From positions 120 to 64,119 of the forward strand of contig DASPMT010000513.1 in assembly GCA_035626935.1 (NCBI GenBank): a stretch of DNA of 64,000 bases, read 5' to 3'. The translations under genes and the position numbers were made by a program. Under the pieces are notes generated by a model. It had not been told where the DNA came from. It saw only the letters and a program-made list of their open reading frames with translations, and searched no databases. This DNA is from Phycisphaerales bacterium. GTDB lineage: Bacteria > Planctomycetota > Phycisphaerae > Phycisphaerales > UBA1924. Shown here piece after piece: positions 51,079 to 59,044 of this stretch (its first letter is position 1; each line of letters opens with the position of its first letter).

Positions 51079-52758
51079 TCACCTCCCGCGCGCCTCCCAC
51101 CACGGCTCCTGACTCAGCTCGATCGGCGTGCCGCCGAGCGCGGTGTGTACCCGCTCGACCGCATCGAGGCCGTCATCGTGGTCGCCGGTGGGGAAGCTCT
51201 CGGCCTGCTGGACCAGCTCCGCTGGGAGCCGATCGCTGAACAGGAGCCAGCCGTTCGCGGCGTCCGGCTGGATGCCGGCGATCCGCTGCTCCTTGTTCGT
51301 CGTGCTCGGCTCACCGACGAGCTCGAACCGCCAGAAGCGGCCAGCCTCGCGACGCTCCTCGCGCTCGCGGGGCAACGCCTTGGCGACGAGCTCCTGGAAC
51401 CCATTGTCCTCAAACCCGCCTTGGGCAATACGCCAGCGCTCGGCGAGGGTCCAGCATGCCGCCAGCTGCGCGTCTGGCGGCGCCTGCTGCATCCAGAGGT
51501 CGAGGACGTAGGTGTAGCCGAACCCGTCCCGGCCACCGACCGCGATCGCGCCGTAGTCGCTGCTTGGGCCCCCCACGGTGGGGTCCCACCACAGCGTGCG
51601 GCGGAGGCTCCAGATCGGCACGCGCCGTCCCGTGCCGTGCACGATGAGCTCGTCGCCCTCGACACGGAAGCGCGCCCAGCGCTCGGGGTCGAAGACTCGC
51701 GCCGACGGGTCGATAGGGTCGTTCTGCTTCTCCTGCAGGAACGCCGCGAGCCCTTCGGCCCAGATCTGCTCGTGCAGGCGGAACAGGTCCTCGACCTCGG
51801 GATCGAGCACCTCTGCGCCGCGCTCCATCTCGGCGCGATGCTGCTCGAAGAACGCCCGCGCCATCGGCGCGCGGTGCTCGCCCAGGGTCAGGTCGGTCCA
51901 GATCGCGCGACAGCGCTCCCAGAGGTCAGCGCGCTCGGGCCACCGCACGATCGCCTTGTACTTGCGAGCCTGCCAGCCGTGCTCTTTGCCGCCGACCAGC
52001 CGCGCGAGCATCGCGTACTGGTGCAGCACGGTGCCGCGGACCCAGATGTCGGTCCCGCCCTCCTTCCGCCCGGCCTTGGCCACGTCCTTCGTGAGCCAGC
52101 TCCAGGTGAAGTTGCGCAGCCGCGGGTTGAGCACCCGCAGCTTGTCCTCCGCGTCGTCGAGCACGATCAACGTCGGCCGGATGCCGCGCGTGGGGTGCTT
52201 ACGCCCGCGGATAGCGGAGCGCTCCGAGCGCGGCAGGAACGCGACTGGGGGCGCTCCGCGCACCGAGACCCGCCAGCCCTCCACGCCGCCGGTGACGGCG
52301 AAGGGTCCGTAGAGCTCGGAGAGCGGCGACTCCTTGTCGCGGAACGCCTCGAGCAGGTCGCGGCTAAAGTCCTCGGCGAGCTCCGACTCCGCGGAGGCGA
52401 CGACAACGAAGGCCTCGAGCCCGTACACGATCCGGTGCACCACGAGGGCGAACGTCGAGATCGTGGACTTGGCGTAGCCGCGCGGCGCCGCTACGGCGTC
52501 GCGCAGCGTGCCCGTGCGGACGTCCCAGGCCTCGCGGCTTTGCGCGACGTCGAAGAGGTCGTGATGGAGCGCGTTGAACGGGAGGTTGAATCGGTCCGGC
52601 CAGCAGAACCGGCAGAACCCCTCGAGGTCCCAACGGAAGCGCCCGCGGAGCAGCTCACGGCGAGTCGCCTCGTCGTCCTGGGACTCCCAGAGCGCGGCGA
52701 AGTCGCTCGGCGGCAGCGTCGCCGCCCTCCTCGCCAGGTCGCTCCACGTCTCGGGCAT
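51079..52758 (-). CDS. terL: Terminase large subunit
   Basis: Walker A-like AAPRGYAKST. Walker B TLIVLDDAEDK. C-terminal nuclease-type region with an acidic GDHDDGLDA. Confidence 0.85.
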   Translation of the reverse strand: MPETWSDLARRAATLPPSDFAALWESQDDEATRRELLRGRFRWDLEGFCRFCWPDRFNLPFNALHHDLFDVAQSREAWDVRTGTLRDAVAAPRGYAKSTISTFALVVHRIVYGLEAFVVVASAESELAEDFSRDLLEAFRDKESPLSELYGPFAVTGGVEGWRVSVRGAPPVAFLPRSERSAIRGRKHPTRGIRPTLIVLDDAEDKLRVLNPRLRNFTWSWLTKDVAKAGRKEGGTDIWVRGTVLHQYAMLARLVGGKEHGWQARKYKAIVRWPERADLWERCRAIWTDLTLGEHRAPMARAFFEQHRAEMERGAEVLDPEVEDLFRLHEQIWAEGLAAFLQEKQNDPIDPSARVFDPERWARFRVEGDELIVHGTGRRVPIWSLRRTLWWDPTVGGPSSDYGAIAVGGRDGFGYTYVLDLWMQQAPPDAQLAACWTLAERWRIAQGGFEDNGFQELVAKALPREREERREAGRFWRFELVGEPSTTNKEQRIAGIQPDAANGWLLFSDRLPAELVQQAESFPTGDHDDGLDAVERVHTALGGTPIELSQEPWWEARGR

Positions 52759-53050
52759 GGACCAGCTCCACGAGGCCCGGGTAGGAGGCGATCAGCTGCT
52801 CGCTCGTCTTCGTGAGATCGAGCATGGCCCTGGTCATGTCAGGGTCCAACCCGGGCACGACGCCACGCGCGAGCGCCTCCTCGGACCGCTCGCGGAGCTT
52901 CCGCGCGCAGATCTCGAGGGTGCGCGTGAGATCGCGCACGATCTCCACGAGCTGCCGCCGGTACTCCGCTGGAAGCTGCTCGACGGGCACGGGCGCGCGC
53001 GGCGAGCCGGGCCCGCGTGGCACCGAGGGCTTGGTTGGCCGGCGAGGCAT
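52655..53050 (-). CDS. terS: Terminase small subunit candidate (call by position)
   Basis: ATG at 53050 with GGAGG 5 nt upstream. First gene of the late operon. Its 3' end overlaps terL by 104 nt. Confidence 0.4.
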   Translation of the reverse strand: MPRRPTKPSVPRGPGSPRAPVPVEQLPAEYRRQLVEIVRDLTRTLEICARKLRERSEEALARGVVPGLDPDMTRAMLDLTKTSEQLIASYPGLVELVHARDVERPGEEGGDAAAERLRRALGVPGRRGDSP

Positions 53051-53210
53051 GGCGCCTCCGCGATGTGGGCGGTCCCACGCCGCGGAGGCGCCGCTCGCTT
53101 GGGGTATCCCACGGGGAAGGGGCGGAGGCGGACGCCTCTGGACGCACCTGTCCACTCATGAATCCCTTAGCCCGGTGTGTACACAGGTGCAAGTCTGGTG
53201 TAGTTGACAG

Positions 53211-53417
53211 CTATTCTCGTAGCTTGGCCGCCTGCTTCGTTGTGAAACCTCCGCCGTCGCGGGCGCGGACTAGGGCTACACCCCCGTCGCCGGCAGCAGC
53301 AAAGGCGATAGCGAGCGCGGTAGCGAGTAGCAGCGCGACCGCGAAACCACCCGAGCTCAGCGACCCGCCGGTCGCGGACGCCTCCAATGTGAACTTGAAC
53401 TCGCGCTTTTTCCGCAT
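53211..53417 (-). CDS. Small membrane protein (68 aa)
   Basis: MRKKREFKFTLEASATGGSLSSGGFAVALLLATALAIAFAAAG. GGAG RBS. Lower-GC surroundings. Confidence 0.45.
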   Translation of the reverse strand: MRKKREFKFTLEASATGGSLSSGGFAVALLLATALAIAFAAAGDGGVALVRARDGGGFTTKQAAKLRE

Positions 53418-53449
53418 GGATACTCCACCAGTGCTGGGAACGCTACCGA

Positions 53450-53466
53450 GGACGCACGATGCGTCC
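53450..53466. promoter_or_regulatory. Palindrome GGACGCA-cga-TGCGTCC in a divergent intergenic region
   Basis: Seen directly, between divergent genes 53211..53417 (-) and 53644..54255 (+). Flanked by two CCAGTGCT copies. Confidence 0.35.
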
Positions 53467-53643
53467 ACCAAGGGTGTACCCAGTGCTCGAGTTCTACCCA
53501 CGACCTCGATCCATCCAGGTCGACGAGAGTCGTTTCCGCGAGACCGCGCGGACGGTGCGGGCCCGCGGAGCTACACGGGCCACCCCTGCAGGACGACGAC
53601 CCCCCGGCTACAGAGAGCGGCGCGTAGCTCGGAGCCGTTCTCC

Positions 53644-54255
53644 ATGGATGCCGACACGGTCGACCTTTCCGTTGTCCTTGGTTTCGCTGGGACGCTGCTA
53701 GGCCTTTGGGCGGCGTGGCGCACGACGAGGCTTCAACATTCGCTGGATGACGTCGCGCGGGTGCACGCCGCTCTGCTGGAGACGCAGCTACAAGGAGTCA
53801 AGCGGCGACAGGAGCGACACGCGGCTGTTGCCGAGGAACTATTCCAGGCAGCTTGTGCCGCCGCAATGAGCGTGGTCATTCTGGAACGCCGCGTCGGAGA
53901 GGCGGTCGCGGGCGAGCGAGAGCCTGCGAGCGTTGGGGAGCAACTGGCAGAGCTGCGGCGCCTGGATGGCGCCTACAATGCAGTATACCTGCGCTCCAGA
54001 CTTCACATGCCTACCGCTGTTCTCCAGGCTGCGCACAAGCTTCGGTACGCAATTGGAACCTATTTGCTCCGGTTCAAGCGCGACTTCGAAGGAGAGGGCC
54101 GGTCGCCAGGAAAGACGGCTGTGAAGCCGGTCGAGCACACCCTCGATGAACTAACCAATCTCCTTCGCGAAGAGCTTGGTACTCGAAAGGCGGATCTCCC
54201 CGGTCTAGCGGAGCTCATCAGGCCCCTAAGCGAAGCCGATGTCCAAGACAGCTAG
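53644..54255 (+). CDS. N-terminally membrane-anchored helical protein (203 aa), unknown function
   Basis: Internal ATG of ORF 53017..54255. LSVVLGFAGTLLGLWAAW TM helix. Lower GC and mixed third positions compared with the neighbours. Confidence 0.6.
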   Translation: MDADTVDLSVVLGFAGTLLGLWAAWRTTRLQHSLDDVARVHAALLETQLQGVKRRQERHAAVAEELFQAACAAAMSVVILERRVGEAVAGEREPASVGEQLAELRRLDGAYNAVYLRSRLHMPTAVLQAAHKLRYAIGTYLLRFKRDFEGEGRSPGKTAVKPVEHTLDELTNLLREELGTRKADLPGLAELIRPLSEADVQDS

Positions 54256-54271
54256 TATCTTTCGATTACTG

Positions 54272-54299
54272 TTGCACGCTTGCGGTAACGTGCTACTAT
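54272..54299 (+). promoter_or_regulatory. Sigma-70-like promoter candidate (TTGCAC - 16 nt - TACTAT)
   Basis: Seen directly, about 70 nt upstream of CDS 54367..54675. The host sigma specificity is unknown. Confidence 0.4.
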
Positions 54300-54366
54300 G
54301 AGGGTGTGAGCGGCGAGCGCGCCGCGCAACCGACCGGGCGGTACCCCGGAGTCCAACGGAGACACC

Positions 54367-54675
54367 ATGATCGCTCTCGAGCTCCTCGTGCCCCTCGCCT
54401 CGAATGAAGGCGAGATCTTCACGGCGGAGCACCACGACGCCTTCCAGGGCGTGCTCACCAACCTCTTCGGGGGCTGCTCGCGGCTCCCCGGAACGGTCAC
54501 CGGGACCTGGCTCGACGAGGGCCGGGTCTACGCGGACCAGCTCCTGATCTTCGTGGTGGGCGTCGCGTCCATCACCGACGGGGGCAAGGTCGCCCAGGCG
54601 GTCGAGGCTGCGAAGCAGCACTACCGCCAGCTCGCGATCTGCATCCGCTACCTGGGCCGGATCGAGGTTCTCTAG
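54367..54675 (+). CDS. Hypothetical protein (102 aa)
   Basis: GGAGA RBS. Balanced composition (MIALELLVPLASNEGEIFTAEHHDAFQGVL...). Confidence 0.65.
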   Translation: MIALELLVPLASNEGEIFTAEHHDAFQGVLTNLFGGCSRLPGTVTGTWLDEGRVYADQLLIFVVGVASITDGGKVAQAVEAAKQHYRQLAICIRYLGRIEVL

Positions 54676-54751
54676 CCCCTCGGGGCCGGGAGGGTCCGAC
54701 CCCCTCCCGCCTTCCCCCACAACCTCCCCCACAAGCCTCGCGGAGACCCAC

Positions 54752-55585
54752 ATGGTTACCCACACCCTCCTCTCGGGCGAGTTGATCGAGTACGACTCGA
54801 GCCCCGCCCTGGACGCGTTCCTCGCCGAGCTCGCGGCCCTGTCCGAGCGCGGCGAGGAGGGCCCGTTCATCGACGTCTTGTACAGCGACCGCAACCCGAT
54901 CCTGCGCCCAGGCAGCCCGATCCCGGGCCGCGGCCTAGTCACGCGCGAGGTCCTCGTGGACCCACGCTGGCACGTCATGGGCGACTACCTCGACCGACTC
55001 ACCGCGCGCCGTGTCGGTGGCGTCATCGCGCCGCTCGGGGAGCAGCACTCCGTCTCGGTCTCGGAGGCCGCTGCCCAGCTCGGCATGACGCCGAGCGCCG
55101 TCCGACAGGCGATCGAGGCCGGGCGCCTGCCAGCGCGCAAGATCGGCGGCTCGTGGGCCATCGCGCCGAGTTCGCTCGACGCCTACCGCTCGCTGCGCCG
55201 CGGTCCGAAGTCCAGCCGCGCGCCCGAGCTGCAGATCCGGCTCGGCTCGACGCCCGACGCGAACCTGAAGGTGAAGAGCGACGGCGAGTGGCGGACCGAG
55301 GGAGGGGGGCGAGGGAGCCTGCTCGAGTGGACTCGCGCGCTCGTGCGCACGAGCTGGAAGCCGACCGGGACCCTGCGGACTTTCGAGCTTGCGCCGGACG
55401 CGAGCGTCACCGCGCAGCGGCTTCACGTCGGCGAGCTCGAGGTGCGCGGGCGCTTTCGGGTGGTCGAGCACGCGAACAACCCGAAGGACGCGGAGCGTCT
55501 GTGGAAGGGGTGTGCGCTGCCGGAGCTGCGGGAACCCGTGCTGCGCGAGTTCGACGAGGACACCGCCGAGGCGTCGAAGCGGTAG
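54752..55585 (+). CDS. Protein with central excisionase-type (HTH_17/MerR-like) DNA-binding domain (277 aa)
   Basis: VSVSEAAAQLGMTPSAVRQAIEAGRLPARKIGGSWAIAPSSLDAY. The flanking domains are unrecognised. Confidence 0.7.
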   Translation: MVTHTLLSGELIEYDSSPALDAFLAELAALSERGEEGPFIDVLYSDRNPILRPGSPIPGRGLVTREVLVDPRWHVMGDYLDRLTARRVGGVIAPLGEQHSVSVSEAAAQLGMTPSAVRQAIEAGRLPARKIGGSWAIAPSSLDAYRSLRRGPKSSRAPELQIRLGSTPDANLKVKSDGEWRTEGGGRGSLLEWTRALVRTSWKPTGTLRTFELAPDASVTAQRLHVGELEVRGRFRVVEHANNPKDAERLWKGCALPELREPVLREFDEDTAEASKR

Positions 55586-55663
55586 CCCACCCATCGCCGG
55601 TAGAGCTACCACCAGCCCACCCCCACCAATGGGGACGGGCGCTTGCGCGCGTTCGTCCGTACC

Positions 55664-55947
55664 TGGTCTTGTGGTGGTCTTGTCGTTGTCTTGCTTACTT
55701 TATTGCGATCTCTCTGATCAATACCCTATGTGGAGCACTTACAAGACCAGAGACAGCGCTGACCCAACCCTCACGCGCGTGCGCGCTGAAGCACACAGAT
55801 ACCCCCCCGGGGGTACCCTGGGCGTGAAAAGAAAAATCTCCCCCACGTGTATGGCTAGGGTCTGCGCAGGTCGTGGTCTAGTGCGCCAAACTTTCGCCCA
55901 TTCGTTGCCTCGGTCCATCACAATCGAGCAAGCCCGCAACAAGACCA
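55664..55947. repeat. Iteron-like repeats TGGTCTTGT in the largest non-coding gap
   Basis: Direct copies at 55664 and 55675, a degenerate TTGTCTTGC at 55686, and inverted ACAAGACCA copies at 55741 and 55939. The A/T-richest stretch of the window lies at 55690-55740. Confidence 0.75.
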
Positions 55948-56008
55948 GGGCCTGACGCGAGACCTCAAGCGCTGCCTCGACTGCGATGGGGCCGCACCGA
56001 CGCGTGCG

Positions 56009-59000
56009 TCAGAACGCCGCGTCGTCGCCGTTGGCAGCGTTATCGGCCGTCGTCGCAAACAGCCCACGCGCCTCGACATCGGGCACGCCCCACTGTTCGC
56101 CGCGAACCTGGTACGCTCGAGCCTGATGCCCCCCAACGTACGCTCGGGTCTGAGCTCGGTTGTCCTCGCTGACGAGCCACTCCCGGTCGGCCCAGCTCCG
56201 TAGCACCTGGTCGGGTGCGAACCCGTGCTCCTCGAGCACGACCCGCAGCGCCCGTGCCAGGATCCGAGGCGACCGCTCGGCGGGCTCCCACCGGCCCAGC
56301 CAGGCCGGTCCGAGCGGCCGAGCGTTGTGGCGGCCGTCGAAGTTCCCGATGTTCGCGATGGCCCAGTCCCGCACGATGTCGAGCGCCTCCCGCGCGCGGT
56401 CCGAGCCCTCACCGGCGGCCGCGATGGCCGCACGGCCCGCGGCGATCGCCTCGGGGACACGGGGCAGCCCTGCTTCGGCGGCGACCTGCATGGCCACGTC
56501 AAGGGCCGCCACGTACTTCGCCACACGCGTCTCTACGGAGCTCCCGAGGCCGCGCTGGTGGACGTCCACGGCGGCGCGGAAGCGCTCGGCGAGCCAGCCG
56601 CGGACGTCAGCGTGCGACTGGAGCGCACGGATCACGCGCGGACCGAGGTGGCCGTGGTGGTCGGCGATCGCGCGCTCGAAGGGCACGACCAGGGGCGAGC
56701 GGCCACCCCATGGCGAGCCCCAGAACTCGAGCACGCGCGCCCGGGTGCCGCCGTCCTGGCTGTAGCTGGTCAGCGGCTGCTCGCCGGTCGAGAGGCACAC
56801 CGATCGCCACGTGGCCTGCTGCTGGATGCCGGTGGGCGCCCCCCTGCCCTTCCCGCGGCCCTGGGTGAGGTCGTAGATCGTCTGGGCGACGAAGCTCTCC
56901 CCTGGGCGGCCGCGGCGCGCGCGCTGCGCCTCGTCGAGCAGGAGGGGCAGCCCTCGGGTGCCCGTGGCCAGACGCTCGAGGTAGGTCCGGGTGAGGTCCC
57001 AGCTCTGGACCAAGCCGCCGTCCTCGCCGTCGGAGGGCGAGCCCCAGACGCTCGCCGCGAACCGCAGCGCGCCGGTCTTGCCCACCGACGTCACGCCCGC
57101 GAAGGACACGAAGAACGGCGGGATCTCGGTGCAGAGGTCGAGGAACGCTGGCACGACCGACGCGTACACCGCGAGCGCGAGGCGGGGGTACTTCCGCGCG
57201 ATCTCCCAGGCCTCGAGCCACCCGCGCCAGGTACCGCGGGGGCGGAGGCTGTTGGCGACGAGGTCGGCGGCGCCGTCGGGGCCGAGCTCGAGGCCCTCGC
57301 AGTGCTCGGGCGGGCCGATGGGCGTGCGGCCGAGCAGGAACACCGGCCCGACCCATCCGGTGCAGTGGGACACGCGCTTGCGCGGCAGGCGGTTCTGGGC
57401 GATGAACGCGGCCAGGTAGCCGACGACGAGTCGGGCGTTGCCGCTGTGCACCGGCGCGCCGAACCGCGCGACGTCGGTAACCAGGCGGCGGGAGTCGGCG
57501 GCGACCTCGCGGCCCACGATCCGGCGCGTCCAGTCCGCTGCGCTGCGCTCGCGCCATGCGAGCTCCACGAGCTGGCCGCCGTGGTGCACGTCCTCGGCGA
57601 GCGCGGTCACGACGAGGGGGGCCTCGGTGAGCAGGCGGCGCACCTCGTCGCCGTCCGGCGTGGACTGGATGTGCCACACCCCCAGCGCGTCGATCTCGTA
57701 GCCCTCGGGGGCGGCAAGCCCGGGGATCGGCAGCGCAAACGCGGCAGCGGACGGCGGCGGTGACGAACGCTGGCGGGTCTGGCGCGCGGCCGCCTCGTGG
57801 CGTTCGGCGGCGTCCTCGATCTGCGCCTGCAGCCGGTTGATCGCGCCGCCAAGGGCGCGGATCCCGCGCATGCGCTCCAGCTCGGCGCGGATCGCCGCCT
57901 CGTGGGTGAGCCACGCGGCGCCGAGCTCGCTGACGAGCGGCTGGAGGCTCGCGATGGTCTCGGCGCGCGCGTCGGCGTCCCCGAGCTGGACCTGCGCGAC
58001 CGCGGCGGCGAGCCGCGCGAGCACCGGCGGCGGTGACGTGTCGGTCCCGCCGGCGTGCGACGCGTCGTCCTTCCCTCGAGGTGACGCGTCGTGCGCCGAC
58101 GGCGGGTACGGGTCTGGGCCCGTTCGCCTGGGGGCAGCGGCCGGTGGGTCGTCGTCGGGCGGCAGCGGCAAGGGCTCGCGCGAGCCCGTGTCGAGCCCGT
58201 AGTCGACGTGCTTCGCCACGTCGTGCTTCTGATCGGCGCCGCACCGCACCGCAGCGTCGAGCAGCGCCGCACGCGCCTCAGCGCGCGGGAGCCCGAGGTG
58301 GAAGTACCCGCCGAGCGTCCGGGCGCCAGCCAGCAGGGCCGCTCGGCGGCCGTCCTGCAGCTGCGCGATCCGGTCGCAGGTGGCGCGCACGATCCCGCGG
58401 AGGCGCCGCAGGGTTCGGTCGCCATCCTGCGGGGGCGGGGGCGGCGGAGCTGGTGGAGGCGGCGGCTTCGCTGGCGCCGTTCGACGGCCTGCGCGCCGGA
58501 GCAGCTCCACGACCGGGTGTGGACCCAGCTGGGCCGGCTGCGCGTCGGAGAGCCACTCGTACCGGTGGCCGCCCGCGTGGAGGCTAGGCGGCGCGACGAT
58601 GTAGCCTCCAGCCGAGCGGATATCGAGCTTCGGGGCGAGCGCGACCTTGTTCTTGATCTCGCCTCCGGGATGCTCGAAGACAAGGTGGCGACCGCCCGAG
58701 CCGGTGCGCGCCTCCAACGTCGACGGCAGCTCTCCGTGCTCGATCTCGAGCTGCGCGAGGCTCGCCTCGCCGACCTCGCCGTCGACGTCGATGACGAGGA
58801 TCCCACCCGCGGCGATCCCGACGTTGGCGTTGGGCCACCGCGCCCACCACCCGCGGATGGTGGCCTCGTCGGTGGTGGCGTCCCGCACGCCGTGCTGGGT
58901 GCGGGGGTGCTTCGCCGGCGACGCGCATCCCAGGCCGTCTTTGCAGGTGCAGCCGCGGTCGCGGTCGGGCGAGTGCAGCGGAAGAACGGGCCATCCACGT

Positions 59001-59044
59001 GAGGCGTAGCCGAGCGCGGCGCCAAGGAGGTCCACGGCGGTCAC
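56009..59044 (-). CDS. Bifunctional primase-polymerase (Prim-Pol) fused to a DUF927/SF3-type helicase domain
   Basis: N-terminus GWPVLPLH...KHPRTQHGVRDATTDEATIRGWW...NVGIAAGGILVIDVDG...GGRHLVF...GGYIVAPPS. P-loop FAGVTSVGKTG. Walker B LPLLLDEAQ. Confidence 0.9.
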   Translation of the reverse strand: MTAVDLLGAALGYASRGWPVLPLHSPDRDRGCTCKDGLGCASPAKHPRTQHGVRDATTDEATIRGWWARWPNANVGIAAGGILVIDVDGEVGEASLAQLEIEHGELPSTLEARTGSGGRHLVFEHPGGEIKNKVALAPKLDIRSAGGYIVAPPSLHAGGHRYEWLSDAQPAQLGPHPVVELLRRAGRRTAPAKPPPPPAPPPPPPQDGDRTLRRLRGIVRATCDRIAQLQDGRRAALLAGARTLGGYFHLGLPRAEARAALLDAAVRCGADQKHDVAKHVDYGLDTGSREPLPLPPDDDPPAAAPRRTGPDPYPPSAHDASPRGKDDASHAGGTDTSPPPVLARLAAAVAQVQLGDADARAETIASLQPLVSELGAAWLTHEAAIRAELERMRGIRALGGAINRLQAQIEDAAERHEAAARQTRQRSSPPPSAAAFALPIPGLAAPEGYEIDALGVWHIQSTPDGDEVRRLLTEAPLVVTALAEDVHHGGQLVELAWRERSAADWTRRIVGREVAADSRRLVTDVARFGAPVHSGNARLVVGYLAAFIAQNRLPRKRVSHCTGWVGPVFLLGRTPIGPPEHCEGLELGPDGAADLVANSLRPRGTWRGWLEAWEIARKYPRLALAVYASVVPAFLDLCTEIPPFFVSFAGVTSVGKTGALRFAASVWGSPSDGEDGGLVQSWDLTRTYLERLATGTRGLPLLLDEAQRARRGRPGESFVAQTIYDLTQGRGKGRGAPTGIQQQATWRSVCLSTGEQPLTSYSQDGGTRARVLEFWGSPWGGRSPLVVPFERAIADHHGHLGPRVIRALQSHADVRGWLAERFRAAVDVHQRGLGSSVETRVAKYVAALDVAMQVAAEAGLPRVPEAIAAGRAAIAAAGEGSDRAREALDIVRDWAIANIGNFDGRHNARPLGPAWLGRWEPAERSPRILARALRVVLEEHGFAPDQVLRSWADREWLVSEDNRAQTRAYVGGHQARAYQVRGEQWGVPDVEARGLFATTADNAANGDDAAF
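58032..58066 (-). repeat. 35-nt repeat, copy B (inverted relative to 21298-21332)
   Basis: The reverse complement gacgcgtcgcacgccggcgggaccgacacgtcacc differs from copy A at one position. A further CTCGAGGTGACGCGTC 16-mer lies at 58075-58090. Confidence 0.85.

Noticed and set aside
50830-52815. 661-aa plus-strand ORF opposite terL
   Set aside because: It is a shadow ORF. terL on the minus strand carries Walker A/B motifs and fits the operon.
53156-53210. Late promoter or operator upstream of terS (GTGTACAC palindrome, TTGACA hexamer at 53204)
   Set aside because: No properly spaced -10 partner exists on either strand, and the palindrome is short. The late promoter probably uses a phage-specific factor, so I could not support a call.
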